Source: a virus
Length of the DNA stretch: 64,000 nucleotides
Direction: 5' to 3' (one strand)
IMG/VR virus record: IMGVR_UViG_3300040801_002290
Coordinates: 32,001-96,000 of that record
Shown: in pieces, positions 26,264 through 35,105 of the stretch
How positions within the stretch are numbered: the stretch's first letter is position 1
Layout: each line of letters starts with the position of its first letter
Position numbers and translations under genes: made by a program
The notes under the pieces: model-generated
The model's input: the letters and a program-made list of their open reading frames with translations, nothing else
Database searches by the model: none
Told to the model about the DNA's origin: nothing

Positions 26264-27545
26264 TCGTATTCCTCTCAAACAGGCTATCCAACAAATCAAA
26301 CCCCTCTACCGGAGTAGCATCCTTGTCTATCTCTACCACCTTAACCTCTTTTCTGGGCTTCTCTTCACGCATCGCCTCTTGGCGTAATTCATGGTATTCC
26401 TTGGAATGTTGCTGAACCAGAGTAATTAGGTTTCTTCCACCCTGCACTAAAAAGTTTAGAGTTCTTTCGATACCAACGGCTTTCTTTAACGTCCACAAAC
26501 ACTGTTCGTACGAGTATTTGCTCGTCAGATGCTTCTTGTACGCGCCACGGACCTCGGTGTAAAATTTAGCATTTTCTCCGTAGTTGGCACCCGTGACATC
26601 TTCGTTTAGAGCCTTCCAGAGCATAGAAAGTTTAACATAGTCCGATTTTGATGCCTCGGATTCGGAATGGTCAAACGCATAGAGTCGAAACGCGAATCTT
26701 GGGAATCTCCTGAACCTGTCGTATTTCTCAGGAACCCTATCCGACAGAAGACTGTTTACCTTAGCCAGGGTAGCTCCTGCCTGAATAGCCTCCCTAGCAA
26801 CCTTCTCTGCATCTATCCAGTTTGGCTCACTTCTTATCCTAGCATAGAGAGCGTTCAAAGGATTGTCAGACGCGGTAGCGTCTTCTTGTAATAAATCTAT
26901 ACTTACTCTATCTATTCTAGGGGCATCATTGACACCCGAGTTTTCGCGTTCAGGACGCTCTTCTCTCACGGAAACTTCTGCGTCAGTTTCGGAAAAATTT
27001 TTCCCTAGCTTTGGAAGAATTTTTCCAAGAAGCTTCTCGCGGGCCTTAGGCGGAACCAGGTTTTCTATGATGAACATGCGAAAAGAGTACTTGTCTCTCT
27101 GAGCCCATGTCTCCCACGAGTCGATAAAGAAGCCTTCGTGGTCCTCACCTACACTATAACCATCATTAGCCTCTAGCTTTAGTCTTCTGCCAACAACAAA
27201 GATATAGCCAGAGCCGAACTCCTCGACCTGAACTAGCTTAAGCTCCTCTAACTTCTTAATGAAGTCACGAATATGACGTTGTGTAAAACCAGTAGCTTCC
27301 TCTATTCCCTCCAGCGTGAAGTAGGCTGACAATTCACCGTTATCATAACGCTTTGCTAATTCAGTTACCCATCCACCCTCCTTATAGTACCTGAGTCCGT
27401 CAGTGTACTGTCTCCGAACCCCCGTCATAAGTAGACGGTGAATGAACCCTATAGGAGCCCCATCGAAGTACCTACCATACTCAGGTATCCTCAACAAGGC
27501 ATAGGGAATCATTAAAAACGGTTCATTAAAAACCCTTTTCGCCAT
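26256..27545 (-). CDS. Putative replication initiator/helicase loader with N-terminal winged helix
   Basis: TLEGIEEATGFTQRHIRDFIKKLEELKLV wHTH; position directly upstream of dnaB. Confidence 0.55.
   Translation of the reverse strand: MAKRVFNEPFLMIPYALLRIPEYGRYFDGAPIGFIHRLLMTGVRRQYTDGLRYYKEGGWVTELAKRYDNGELSAYFTLEGIEEATGFTQRHIRDFIKKLEELKLVQVEEFGSGYIFVVGRRLKLEANDGYSVGEDHEGFFIDSWETWAQRDKYSFRMFIIENLVPPKAREKLLGKILPKLGKNFSETDAEVSVREERPERENSGVNDAPRIDRVSIDLLQEDATASDNPLNALYARIRSEPNWIDAEKVAREAIQAGATLAKVNSLLSDRVPEKYDRFRRFPRFAFRLYAFDHSESEASKSDYVKLSMLWKALNEDVTGANYGENAKFYTEVRGAYKKHLTSKYSYEQCLWTLKKAVGIERTLNFLVQGGRNLITLVQQHSKEYHELRQEAMREEKPRKEVKVVEIDKDATPVEGFDLLDSLFERNTNG
26991..27026. repeat. Two 14-bp palindromic repeats at a 22-bp period (candidate iterons)
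   Basis: GGAAAAATTTTTCC (26991-27004) and GGAAGAATTTTTCC (27013-27026). Confidence 0.6.
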
Positions 27546-27558
27546 ACTTCACCTTCCC

Positions 27559-27584
27559 AACACACGGCATTTGTGTGTTATAAT
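27559..27584. promoter_or_regulatory. Inverted repeat plus extended -10 at the divergent junction
   Basis: AACACAC-N7-GTGTGTT abutting TATAAT (27579-27584). Confidence 0.5.
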
Positions 27585-27638
27585 TATCTAAGACTATCAT
27601 ACTCCCCAATCAAAAAGCCGTCAAGGAGTTGCATAAAT

Positions 27639-28172
27639 GTGAATTTTCTTAAAAACGAAGATATTATTATAGGCGTTGACCTGGCTCTTAACAAAACAGG
27701 TCTGGCCATATTGAATCGACAAAACAAGGTCCTCCATACAGAGTTAATTAAGGTAAAAACAGGCTGGGAGTATTATAGAAAGATAGGTTATTTATACGAG
27801 ACCTACCTGTCCCTGTTCGACTCCATATTGACAGCCAAGCCAGCCTCCTCTATACTGGTTCTAGAAGGACGGCTTAGGGCTGGTTGGAGCGGAACTACCC
27901 TGGCCTCCATAGAAGGAGCTAGGGTGGCTTGCTACCTGGCCTACAAGACTACATGCAATCTGCATGAGAAAGATGTGATTCATGTTTCTTACGACCCGGC
28001 TGAGGTCAAACACTTCATAGCGGGCAAGAGGAACGCCAAAAAGGAGGAGTTACTAGAAAAATCGGTCTCACGTTTCTCATGGCTTTCTGACATAGAGTAT
28101 CAGGAAGATATTTACGACGCAATATACATCGCGCTTAGGCACATAAAAGGAGTAGAAGATGAGCGTTCTTAA
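27639..28172 (+). CDS. ruvC: RuvC-like Holliday junction resolvase
   Basis: IGVDLALNKTG, LE, P.EVK.F..G..NA.KE, D.YDAI; GTG start with AAGGAG SD. Confidence 0.75.
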   Translation: MNFLKNEDIIIGVDLALNKTGLAILNRQNKVLHTELIKVKTGWEYYRKIGYLYETYLSLFDSILTAKPASSILVLEGRLRAGWSGTTLASIEGARVACYLAYKTTCNLHEKDVIHVSYDPAEVKHFIAGKRNAKKEELLEKSVSRFSWLSDIEYQEDIYDAIYIALRHIKGVEDERS

Positions 28173-28626
28173 TGAGCTTCTAAAGGTAGAAAAGTTTAAG
28201 TCAATCTGGATAGATAGAAACAAACTCATGGACAGTCTAGGAATCAACCTCGATAGACGAGAGTTCCTAGACCTTTCTAGTATAGGAATAGATGAGTTGT
28301 ATGAGCTTATGATGAAATCCCTGATGTGGATGGAGTACATCAGCGATGTTCTTAGCCGCGCCAAAAAGTTGAAGATGGACGAGGAGTTAGAAAAAGACGC
28401 CGTTCTTAACCGAGTTTTAGCTATGGGTACACCAGATAAGAAGGTAACAGAAGCAAAGGCCGAGGCAAAGTCTCACCCTGACTACCTAGAGGCACACAAA
28501 AGATATAACACCTTGGTAGCATATGTGGACTATTTGGACAGGCTTTTGGTGAACTTAGATAAATACCACTACGTTATGAAGGCGAAGATGGAGTCTAGTA
28601 GAAATATCGAAAGAAAGTATCAATGA
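28159..28626 (+). CDS. Helical protein, UvsY-like recombination mediator
   Basis: TEAKAEAKSHPDY coiled-coil pattern; context next to RuvC. Confidence 0.4.
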   Translation: MSVLNELLKVEKFKSIWIDRNKLMDSLGINLDRREFLDLSSIGIDELYELMMKSLMWMEYISDVLSRAKKLKMDEELEKDAVLNRVLAMGTPDKKVTEAKAEAKSHPDYLEAHKRYNTLVAYVDYLDRLLVNLDKYHYVMKAKMESSRNIERKYQ

Positions 28627-28955
28627 TTTCTCTACAGATTCACACCTATAAAGGGCAGTGGACGGTATCGTACTTAGATAGTATAAATTGGGACAACATC
28701 TGTAGCTTAATGGACTTTGGAGATGTTGACGCAATGTCCTCGTGCGTGCGAGATAACCTTACGGAGGAGATGGGAATAGCCATGAACAAGAAAGACGCCA
28801 CTAGATTAGTAGTTGAGGCAGCAGGAAGATATGCAGACCACCTAAGACAGCAGTCAATCTCTTGGACATATGCAAACCCAGACCCGATGGAACGAGTTTA
28901 CAGAAAAGCAATTGAAGTCTTCGAAGAGGCTGAAAATGTTCACCAGACTAAGTAA
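28623..28955 (+). CDS. Hypothetical protein
   Basis: ORF overlapping neighbours in operon. Confidence 0.6.
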   Translation: MISLQIHTYKGQWTVSYLDSINWDNICSLMDFGDVDAMSSCVRDNLTEEMGIAMNKKDATRLVVEAAGRYADHLRQQSISWTYANPDPMERVYRKAIEVFEEAENVHQTK

Positions 28956-29193
28956 CGGATGGCAAGCTGTACTTTGGGACGGTGAATACGAGCTTTACTC
29001 TAAACTCCGGTATGAGCCCATGTTCGTAGGGGTTTTACATAATCCGGACAAAAGAAAAGAGGTTCTAAAGCTCTGGGACGATACCTCAAACGAGTGGGTA
29101 GACTGCGAGCCAGGAACTTACATTGCCCGAGATGAACACGGGGTTTTTCATTCGGTTACCAAAGAATTCGTTGACGAAAGAAGATTGAGATGA
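28936..29193 (+). CDS. Hypothetical protein, PGDYG-like
   Basis: CEPGTYIARDEHG.F; internal ATG preferred. Confidence 0.5.
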   Translation: MFTRLSNGWQAVLWDGEYELYSKLRYEPMFVGVLHNPDKRKEVLKLWDDTSNEWVDCEPGTYIARDEHGVFHSVTKEFVDERRLR

Positions 29194-29468
29194 TTAAGAA
29201 TTATAGAAAAAGGCCGGTAGTAATTCAGGCCATACAGTACACAAAAGAGACTTGTGAAGAAATACACAGTTGGGCTGGACTAGAACCACATGAGTACCGA
29301 GACTACGTGTGTGGTGTTGAACCCATTCTAATACCTACCCTAGAAGGAGTTATGGAGGCTTCTCCGGGGGACTTTATCATTCGTGGTGTAAATGGAGAAT
29401 TTTATCCGTGCAAACCAGATATTTTTTATAAAACCTATGAGGATGTGCAAGAGGGAGTAGAGGAATGA
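29190..29468 (+). CDS. Conserved phage protein, PGDYG-like family
   Basis: YRKRPVVIQA, I.TLEG.M.ASPGDFII.GV.GEFYPCKPDIF..TYE. Confidence 0.8.
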   Translation: MIKNYRKRPVVIQAIQYTKETCEEIHSWAGLEPHEYRDYVCGVEPILIPTLEGVMEASPGDFIIRGVNGEFYPCKPDIFYKTYEDVQEGVEE

Positions 29469-29686
29469 TTAAACGTGCTGTGATTTTAATAACGGACCAA
29501 AGTAGCATCAAGTGGAGAGGGTGGAACGACCCTGTATTTCAGACACAAGGTGTTGAAGCCTCCGAAAAACTTCTGGCAGACCTACATACACTCGCTTCTG
29601 AGTGCGGAGCGTCAGATATACCTCACCTTCGCAACGCTGCCGCTCACGTTAGGGAGTGGCTGCCCAAGGAGGACGAAGATGAATGA
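29465..29686 (+). CDS. Hypothetical protein
   Basis: 73-aa ORF ending EDEDE. Confidence 0.55.
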   Translation: MIKRAVILITDQSSIKWRGWNDPVFQTQGVEASEKLLADLHTLASECGASDIPHLRNAAAHVREWLPKEDEDE

Positions 29687-29930
29687 CTTTGTAAAGAAAC
29701 TGCGCTCTGGTGCAGAAATGGTGGGGCGTGACCCGGAGCAGTACATGACTTTCCTCACCGTGGCTCAGGCAGACGCCGCCGCTGACCGCATCGAGGCTTT
29801 GGAGGCCGAGGTCAAGCGACTGCGGGAGATGCTGACCGGAGCATCAGCCGAGTTAGCCGCCGCCATCGACCACCTAGAGCGCGTCCGCTTGGAAGCCTCC
29901 CTGGCGGGGGGAGGAGACGAAGATGAGTGA
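29679..29930 (+). CDS. Coiled-coil mini-protein (Ead/Ea22-like module)
   Basis: AADRIEALEAEVKRLRE; GGAGG SD; 8-nt overlap with the upstream gene. Confidence 0.65.
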   Translation: MNDFVKKLRSGAEMVGRDPEQYMTFLTVAQADAAADRIEALEAEVKRLREMLTGASAELAAAIDHLERVRLEASLAGGGDEDE

Positions 29931-30226
29931 CCTGAAAGAACGCCTTAGTTCCCCGATGGCCGTGTTCTATGGTTACGACGTAGACGACGGTGCGCTGCTG
30001 CGAGAAGCCGCCGACCGCATCGACGCCCTGGAGGCCGAGGTCGAGCGGCTGGAAGACCTAGCCGACACCTACCTCGTCACGCTAATGCGGTGCGCGAAGG
30101 ACGCCGAGCGGCTGCGGGTGCTTCTAGCCGATGCGAAGAACACCCTCTGGGATGCGGTGGACAGCGGGTACGCGGCACCCAAGAGCGTGCTAGCTGCCCT
30201 GGCGGGGGAAGGAGACGAGGATGAGT
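29899..30226 (+). repeat. Direct repeats at gene junctions and within ORFs
   Basis: 30-nt junction repeat 29899-29928 vs 30197-30226 (28/30 identical); a 45-nt coding repeat also pairs 29778-29822 with 30007-30051 (39/45). Confidence 0.85.
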
Positions 30227-30240
30227 CAATCACCGTATGA
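29923..30240 (+). CDS. Coiled-coil mini-protein (Ead/Ea22-like module)
   Basis: AADRIDALEAEVERLED. Confidence 0.65.
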   Translation: MSDLKERLSSPMAVFYGYDVDDGALLREAADRIDALEAEVERLEDLADTYLVTLMRCAKDAERLRVLLADAKNTLWDAVDSGYAAPKSVLAALAGEGDEDESITV

Positions 30241-30640
30241 CGCTAGTCAGTTGCCCAACAGAACCGAAACACAAATTGAAGTTCTTGAACGAAGGCGAAG
30301 ACAGCTTATGTCTCGTAATGCAGCCCTGGAATCCGATATTAAGAGACTAAGAGAGCATCTTCGGGATTATGTTGAGACGGAAGATACCCTTACTGAGAAT
30401 CTTGACGAGTCCAGAGGAGAGATTGAAAAACTGAAAAATAAAGTTGCTGAATTAGAAAACATAATAGGGGCACAAAACCATGTTAAGGAGTTAGAAAGGG
30501 AAGTTAGAAGGCTCAGGGTAGCCTCAACTAATCTTCTCGCTCTACACCTACGAGCTTTAGAGGGTGACGTGGCAGAGCAAATCACTTGGGACGATGCTAT
30601 TTTTCGGTTGCACACTTCCCTGGTTGGGCTGCCAGAATGA
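30221..30640 (+). CDS. Coiled-coil protein
   Basis: Heptad repeats; LESDIKRLRE, LEREVRRLR. Confidence 0.6.
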   Translation: MSQSPYDASQLPNRTETQIEVLERRRRQLMSRNAALESDIKRLREHLRDYVETEDTLTENLDESRGEIEKLKNKVAELENIIGAQNHVKELEREVRRLRVASTNLLALHLRALEGDVAEQITWDDAIFRLHTSLVGLPE

Positions 30641-30831
30641 CAAGAGCAGAGTGGCACGACCATTTAGAGGGCTCTATTCTTCTTGTAGACAGTGAGATTG
30701 TTGCTGTAATAAGGTTAGTAGACCTTGATTTTGGATATAAAGCTTGGGATATTGATGGACATCTTTTTGGCGAGTTGCCCGCAGCTAAGAAATACGCCCA
30801 GCAAAGATATGCCTGGGCGCAACATCCGTAA
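30637..30831 (+). CDS. Hypothetical protein
   Basis: ATGA overlap with the upstream stop. Confidence 0.5.
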   Translation: MTRAEWHDHLEGSILLVDSEIVAVIRLVDLDFGYKAWDIDGHLFGELPAAKKYAQQRYAWAQHP

Positions 30832-30842
30832 GGAGCTAGAAT

Positions 30843-31196
30843 ATGAAAGATGAGATAGTAGCGGGATTAAGATGGATTAGCAAATACGCTACTCCCCAAC
30901 AAGAGTACGAGATGGTAGTTTGCAGAGATGCCGCAGATAAAATTGAAAAATTAGAGGCAGAACATGAAAGCCTCACGCTTTTACTGGAGAGGTTTAATAG
31001 CGCCGGGGAAAGAATTATTAGGATTGTCGGGGGAGACCCAGATAGACCTGATTACGTTGACACACTCAACGACCTTACGCTTGCCGTAATTGATGCCAGA
31101 AAAACCTTACACTCGTCTCCAAACTGTAGACTTTTGACAGAGAAAGTAAATGACAACTACTGTAGAAAATGTAGAGAGAGGCTTTTTAATGATTGA
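30843..31196 (+). CDS. Coiled-coil protein with C-terminal Zn-binding motif
   Basis: AADKIEKLEAE; H...NC...CRKC; AAGGAG SD. Confidence 0.6.
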   Translation: MKDEIVAGLRWISKYATPQQEYEMVVCRDAADKIEKLEAEHESLTLLLERFNSAGERIIRIVGGDPDRPDYVDTLNDLTLAVIDARKTLHSSPNCRLLTEKVNDNYCRKCRERLFND

Positions 31197-32058
31197 AGAC
31201 CTAAGAGAAAAACTAGAGTTTGCGGAAAACAACCCGGTAATATTCAACCAGAGGAACGTTTTAAATAAGGGGTTCGTACGACTGGTTGATTGGATTGGTA
31301 GCGACTCAAGGGTGGTTCAAGCAGCTAGGGTGTCTTATGGCAAAGGAACTAAGACCATAAGAGAAGACTCTGGTCTCATCGACTATCTTATGAGACATCG
31401 ACACACCTCACCTTTTGAGATGGTGTCGTTTACCTTTCATATTAAGCTGCCTCTGTTTGTCTTTGCCCAGCTAGTCAGACACAGGACCGCCAGCCTTAAT
31501 GCTAAGTCTGCAAGGTACTCTGTCATGGAAGATGAGTTTTATATTCCCGAGGAATTTAGACTGCAAAGCATGGAGAATAAGCAAGGAAGCGATAGCGTCC
31601 TCTCTGAGGAAACAAACCAATTTGCTATCAATAGCCTGATAAACTTCTGTGACGAGACTTATGGGGATTATGAATACCTTATTCAAATGGGTGTAGCTAG
31701 AGAACAGGCTCGTATGATTCTTCCTCAAAACCTTTACACGGAGGTCTATTGGACCCAGAATCTGCACAATCTTCTGCACCTTCTAAAGTTACGTCTTGAC
31801 CCTCACGCCCAGCAGGAGATTCGTGAATACGCAGAGGCGATTCATGAAATCATCACACCTATAGTGCCAATGTCCTTAGACTCCTGGGAAAAGCACGTTC
31901 TAGACAGCGTTTCTCTCTCAAAAGATGAAGTAGATATACTTATCAGAGCCGCCAAGGGGGACTCCCTAGAGGATGCTATGGTCTCTCATGCAGAACACAT
32001 GTCAAAGGGGTATGCTAGAGAAGTGCGAGAGAAGATTAGTAAACTGATTGGAAAATAA
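31189..32058 (+). CDS. thyX: Flavin-dependent thymidylate synthase
   Basis: QAARVSY, RHRHTSPFE, QLVRHRTAS..SARY, REQAR..LP, RL..HAQ.EIR. Confidence 0.95.
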   Translation: MIEDLREKLEFAENNPVIFNQRNVLNKGFVRLVDWIGSDSRVVQAARVSYGKGTKTIREDSGLIDYLMRHRHTSPFEMVSFTFHIKLPLFVFAQLVRHRTASLNAKSARYSVMEDEFYIPEEFRLQSMENKQGSDSVLSEETNQFAINSLINFCDETYGDYEYLIQMGVAREQARMILPQNLYTEVYWTQNLHNLLHLLKLRLDPHAQQEIREYAEAIHEIITPIVPMSLDSWEKHVLDSVSLSKDEVDILIRAAKGDSLEDAMVSHAEHMSKGYAREVREKISKLIGK

Positions 32059-32059
32059 C

Positions 32060-33148
32060 ATGGCAACAGCAGAGCATGTCCTAGAAGGACTTAAAACCGC
32101 GCTAAAGATAACCAAAGAGGCACCCGTCATAGTGGAAGCTAGGTCGGGTAAACTCTTTATTGGTACACACAACGAGTATCACAGCGTTATTTTTGAATGC
32201 CCCACGATTTGGGAGGATTTCAAAGCAGTTCTCAGCTTCAACATAGCAAAGGAAATACCGAGGTCAATCTCTGGTGGCAAAGTAAGCTTTGAGGTTCTCG
32301 AAAATCACACGTTAAAATTCGTTTCTAAGGGCGTAAAGTTAAATCTAGCCCTCTTGGATAACTCGTCTCTTTCCTTAAGTACGTTGGTGAAGAAATATAT
32401 CAAAGAAACCATGTGGGAAGTTAATGGAAAAGGCTTTAATGACGCACTAGAAAGGGTTAGACACGCTGCGAATGATAAGTCAATCGGGGATGTAGTTTTG
32501 CGCGGTTACCACCTTAAAAAGAAGGGCGAAGCACTTGAGTTTATGGCCTCCAACGGAGCAACACTCTCGGTGTCTTCTGCCCAACTTCTAAATAAAGATG
32601 AGGCAGTAGAGGGAACCCTTCTTCTTAACCCGGAATTTTCTCAGGTAGCTAATCTTTTGTTTGAGAAAACCAGAATAGGCTTTTCGGAGGACTCAATTAG
32701 TCTTGAGTCTTCCTCAGAAGATAAGACTTTGCGTATGGTCAGCCTGTTGACAAAGGGAAAGCCTTTCGATTATGACACCGTGCTTAACAAAGTTAAAGGA
32801 AACCCTATTAGGGCCTCCTTTGACGCAAAAACTATGGCAGAAGCCATTAAAAGAACGGACTTCTTCACAGACGAAGCCAATAAGAACAAGATACGCTTTT
32901 TTATTAACAACAATGGTACCGCTTCCGTTCACTCCGGTAACCACTACGGTGAGTCCTCTATTCACCTGGAGACCATAGAGCATAATTTGGACAGCGACTT
33001 AGAGTTGGAGCTAAGCGGCACACACTTCCTTAATTACCTAACCAGTTTGAAGTCTAGCACGATTACCGTCTACATCAAGGACGACACCGTTCCCATAAGG
33101 ATTGAAGACGGCTTAACAACAGAAGTTATAGTATTGTTCCGTAAATAA
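32060..33148 (+). CDS. dnaN: DNA polymerase III beta sliding clamp
   Basis: ~360 aa three-domain pattern; ASNG..L, YG.S, SG..FL.YL; replisome context. Confidence 0.8.
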   Translation: MATAEHVLEGLKTALKITKEAPVIVEARSGKLFIGTHNEYHSVIFECPTIWEDFKAVLSFNIAKEIPRSISGGKVSFEVLENHTLKFVSKGVKLNLALLDNSSLSLSTLVKKYIKETMWEVNGKGFNDALERVRHAANDKSIGDVVLRGYHLKKKGEALEFMASNGATLSVSSAQLLNKDEAVEGTLLLNPEFSQVANLLFEKTRIGFSEDSISLESSSEDKTLRMVSLLTKGKPFDYDTVLNKVKGNPIRASFDAKTMAEAIKRTDFFTDEANKNKIRFFINNNGTASVHSGNHYGESSIHLETIEHNLDSDLELELSGTHFLNYLTSLKSSTITVYIKDDTVPIRIEDGLTTEVIVLFRK

Positions 33149-33157
33149 GGTTTTTTG

Positions 33158-33186
33158 TTGACAGCCTGCCAGTCTCCTGCTATAAT
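33158..33186 (+). promoter_or_regulatory. Perfect consensus sigma70 promoter
   Basis: TTGACA-17-TGcTATAAT. Confidence 0.88.
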
Positions 33187-33243
33187 TGTATTTGTAAGGG
33201 TTAAAAGTTAGATTCTTACGAGTACACAAAAAGGAGACTGTAT

Positions 33244-33456
33244 ATGCCAAGAGAAGTATCACAAGCAACCGTCGCCCTTGAAGAAGCCGTGGCTAGATTC
33301 ATGGAAGATTTTGAGGGAGAATTTAGAAAGCAAAGGACGAAGACAAACCATTCATCCGAAAGAAGGATGAGAAAGCTTCTACGCTCTTTCCAGGAAAGGG
33401 TTTACGTTCCATACAGAGACGCAACTTTGCCCTCTAGGGACTCCGAACCGTTCTAA
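33244..33456 (+). CDS. Small helical protein, possibly Hc1/histone H1-like nucleoid protein
   Basis: NHSSERRMRKLL resembles the Hc1 NK.A..R.RK motif; AAGGAG SD. Confidence 0.4.
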   Translation: MPREVSQATVALEEAVARFMEDFEGEFRKQRTKTNHSSERRMRKLLRSFQERVYVPYRDATLPSRDSEPF

Positions 33457-33548
33457 CCATTCACATCTTTGAAAGCAGTACAATAAAGCAAGATGTAGAC
33501 CATTAAGTTGCATGTGCAATAGAGCGGCTACAAAACTAAGGAGAAAAC

Positions 33549-34253
33549 ATGAATGAAGTCATAGTAAGTGGGATTATAAAAGGCGACTTCGAAGACGTTA
33601 GTAACGACGGAGTTAAGTTTCTGGCCCTAAATAAGGGTAGGAATGGTGAAAGTGAGGAGTTTATCTGCCTCGCATATGGTAACTCAGCCAGCTTCCTGCG
33701 CCAACACGCAGAGAGTGGCCGTCGAGTTGTACTTCAAGGCCGTCTAAGCAGCGAGAAGCTGGACACCGAGAACTATCATACTGCCATTACCGTAAGCAGG
33801 GTTCTGTCTATCACGGATAGCAGTCAGGGTATGGATTATACTCATGCTGTTATTAGCGGATTGGCCTCGTCCGATGGTCTTACCCGCCTAAACAACAAGA
33901 ATCAGACCCCCCTAATTAACCTGAACGTGGCTAATAAGAGGGAGTATAGAAACGCCGAAGGTGAGACTCAGGAGTACACTACTTACCTAGGTGGGACCAT
34001 CTGGGGCAGAACGGCAGAAGCGGTTGAAGAAGCCTATGAGTTCCCAATGAGCAACGTTCCCGTTGTGTTTGAAGGGATTCTAAAGCCCAGAACTTATGAA
34101 AACAAGGATGGAGACACCATTAACAAGATTGATGTGTGGGTCAACACCATTAACGTAAGCGGTCAAGCACCTACTTCCGCTGCCCCAGCGCCGAAGCGAG
34201 AAGAGAGACAAGCTCCTAGGAAGTCAAAGCCCCTTGAAGGCTCTCCCTTCTAA
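33549..34253 (+). CDS. ssb: Single-stranded DNA-binding protein with two OB folds
   Basis: Two repeats of (AY/IW)G..A...G..V..(Q/E)G.L; RTYENKDG; C-tail ending PF. Confidence 0.85.
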   Translation: MNEVIVSGIIKGDFEDVSNDGVKFLALNKGRNGESEEFICLAYGNSASFLRQHAESGRRVVLQGRLSSEKLDTENYHTAITVSRVLSITDSSQGMDYTHAVISGLASSDGLTRLNNKNQTPLINLNVANKREYRNAEGETQEYTTYLGGTIWGRTAEAVEEAYEFPMSNVPVVFEGILKPRTYENKDGDTINKIDVWVNTINVSGQAPTSAAPAPKREERQAPRKSKPLEGSPF

Positions 34254-34272
34254 TAGACAGAGAAATTAATAG

Positions 34273-34294
34273 GTGGGAGGCTCAGTCCTCCCAC
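34273..34294 (+). terminator. Intrinsic terminator after ssb
   Basis: GTGGGAGG/CCTCCCAC stem followed by TTTATTTT. Confidence 0.7.
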
Positions 34295-34314
34295 TTTATT
34301 TTAAGGGGTATTGT

Positions 34315-34860
34315 GTGATAGTAGCACTTTCAGGTAAAAAGAGAAGCGGCAAAGACGAATTCTATAGAGTAGCCAAAAGCTACCTTGAAGCATTTTACGG
34401 GATTCCGGTAACCAGATACGCTTTTGCGGATAAAGTAAAGGAATACGCTAACTTATATTTTAACGTAGACATAGCTAATGAAACGGACAAGGAAAAGACT
34501 CGCTTCGTGTTACAGGGAATTGGACAAATGCTACGTGAAGAAGTAGAAAAGGATTACTGGCTAAATGTCATCAGAGACGAAATAGCTATAGACAACGAAA
34601 AGTACGGAGAGTTTGGGTTCGTAGGCTTCATAACGGACACTAGGTATCGGAATGAAGCAGACTGGGTTGTAAACAACGGCTACCCACTTCTAAGAATTGT
34701 TAGAAAAGGAATCATAGCTGACGACCCCCATCCAAGCGAGATGGAATTGGATGACTTTGTTTTTGAAAACACGTTCCAAAACATGGGAACGTATGAAGAA
34801 TATAGGGAGAGCGTGAGACAATGGGTGAACCAAAACGTATTGACATCACTGTCCCTCTAG
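34315..34860 (+). CDS. Deoxynucleoside monophosphate kinase
   Basis: SGKKRSGKD, FADKVK, R.VLQ.IG, ITDTRY.NE, H.SE. Confidence 0.85.
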   Translation: MIVALSGKKRSGKDEFYRVAKSYLEAFYGIPVTRYAFADKVKEYANLYFNVDIANETDKEKTRFVLQGIGQMLREEVEKDYWLNVIRDEIAIDNEKYGEFGFVGFITDTRYRNEADWVVNNGYPLLRIVRKGIIADDPHPSEMELDDFVFENTFQNMGTYEEYRESVRQWVNQNVLTSLSL

Positions 34861-35105
34861 TAAATGAGAATCTAGAGGAGAATGAAAACTCAAAAGACGT
34901 TATTAACGCCATGCTGGATGAGTCAAGTGAAGTTCACCTTCACATTCATATAAACGATAAGGAAATGATTCCCACGGCAATAGCATTGTCTATGAGCAAG
35001 AGGCATAATGTTCGTTATTACGCCACTATAGGGGACTTTCCGGGCAGAGAATATATTCACGGTTACCTTATGAGTGGTTACTTTGAAAAGGTGGAGATGA
35101 TATAA
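34821..35105 (+). CDS. Hypothetical protein
   Basis: 94-aa ORF in operon. Confidence 0.55.
   Translation: MGEPKRIDITVPLVNENLEENENSKDVINAMLDESSEVHLHIHINDKEMIPTAIALSMSKRHNVRYYATIGDFPGREYIHGYLMSGYFEKVEMI

Noticed and set aside
8953-26299. Inteins or introns in terL, nrdJ, recA, dnaB
   Set aside because: Lengths are normal and motifs are contiguous; no splice-junction motifs seen
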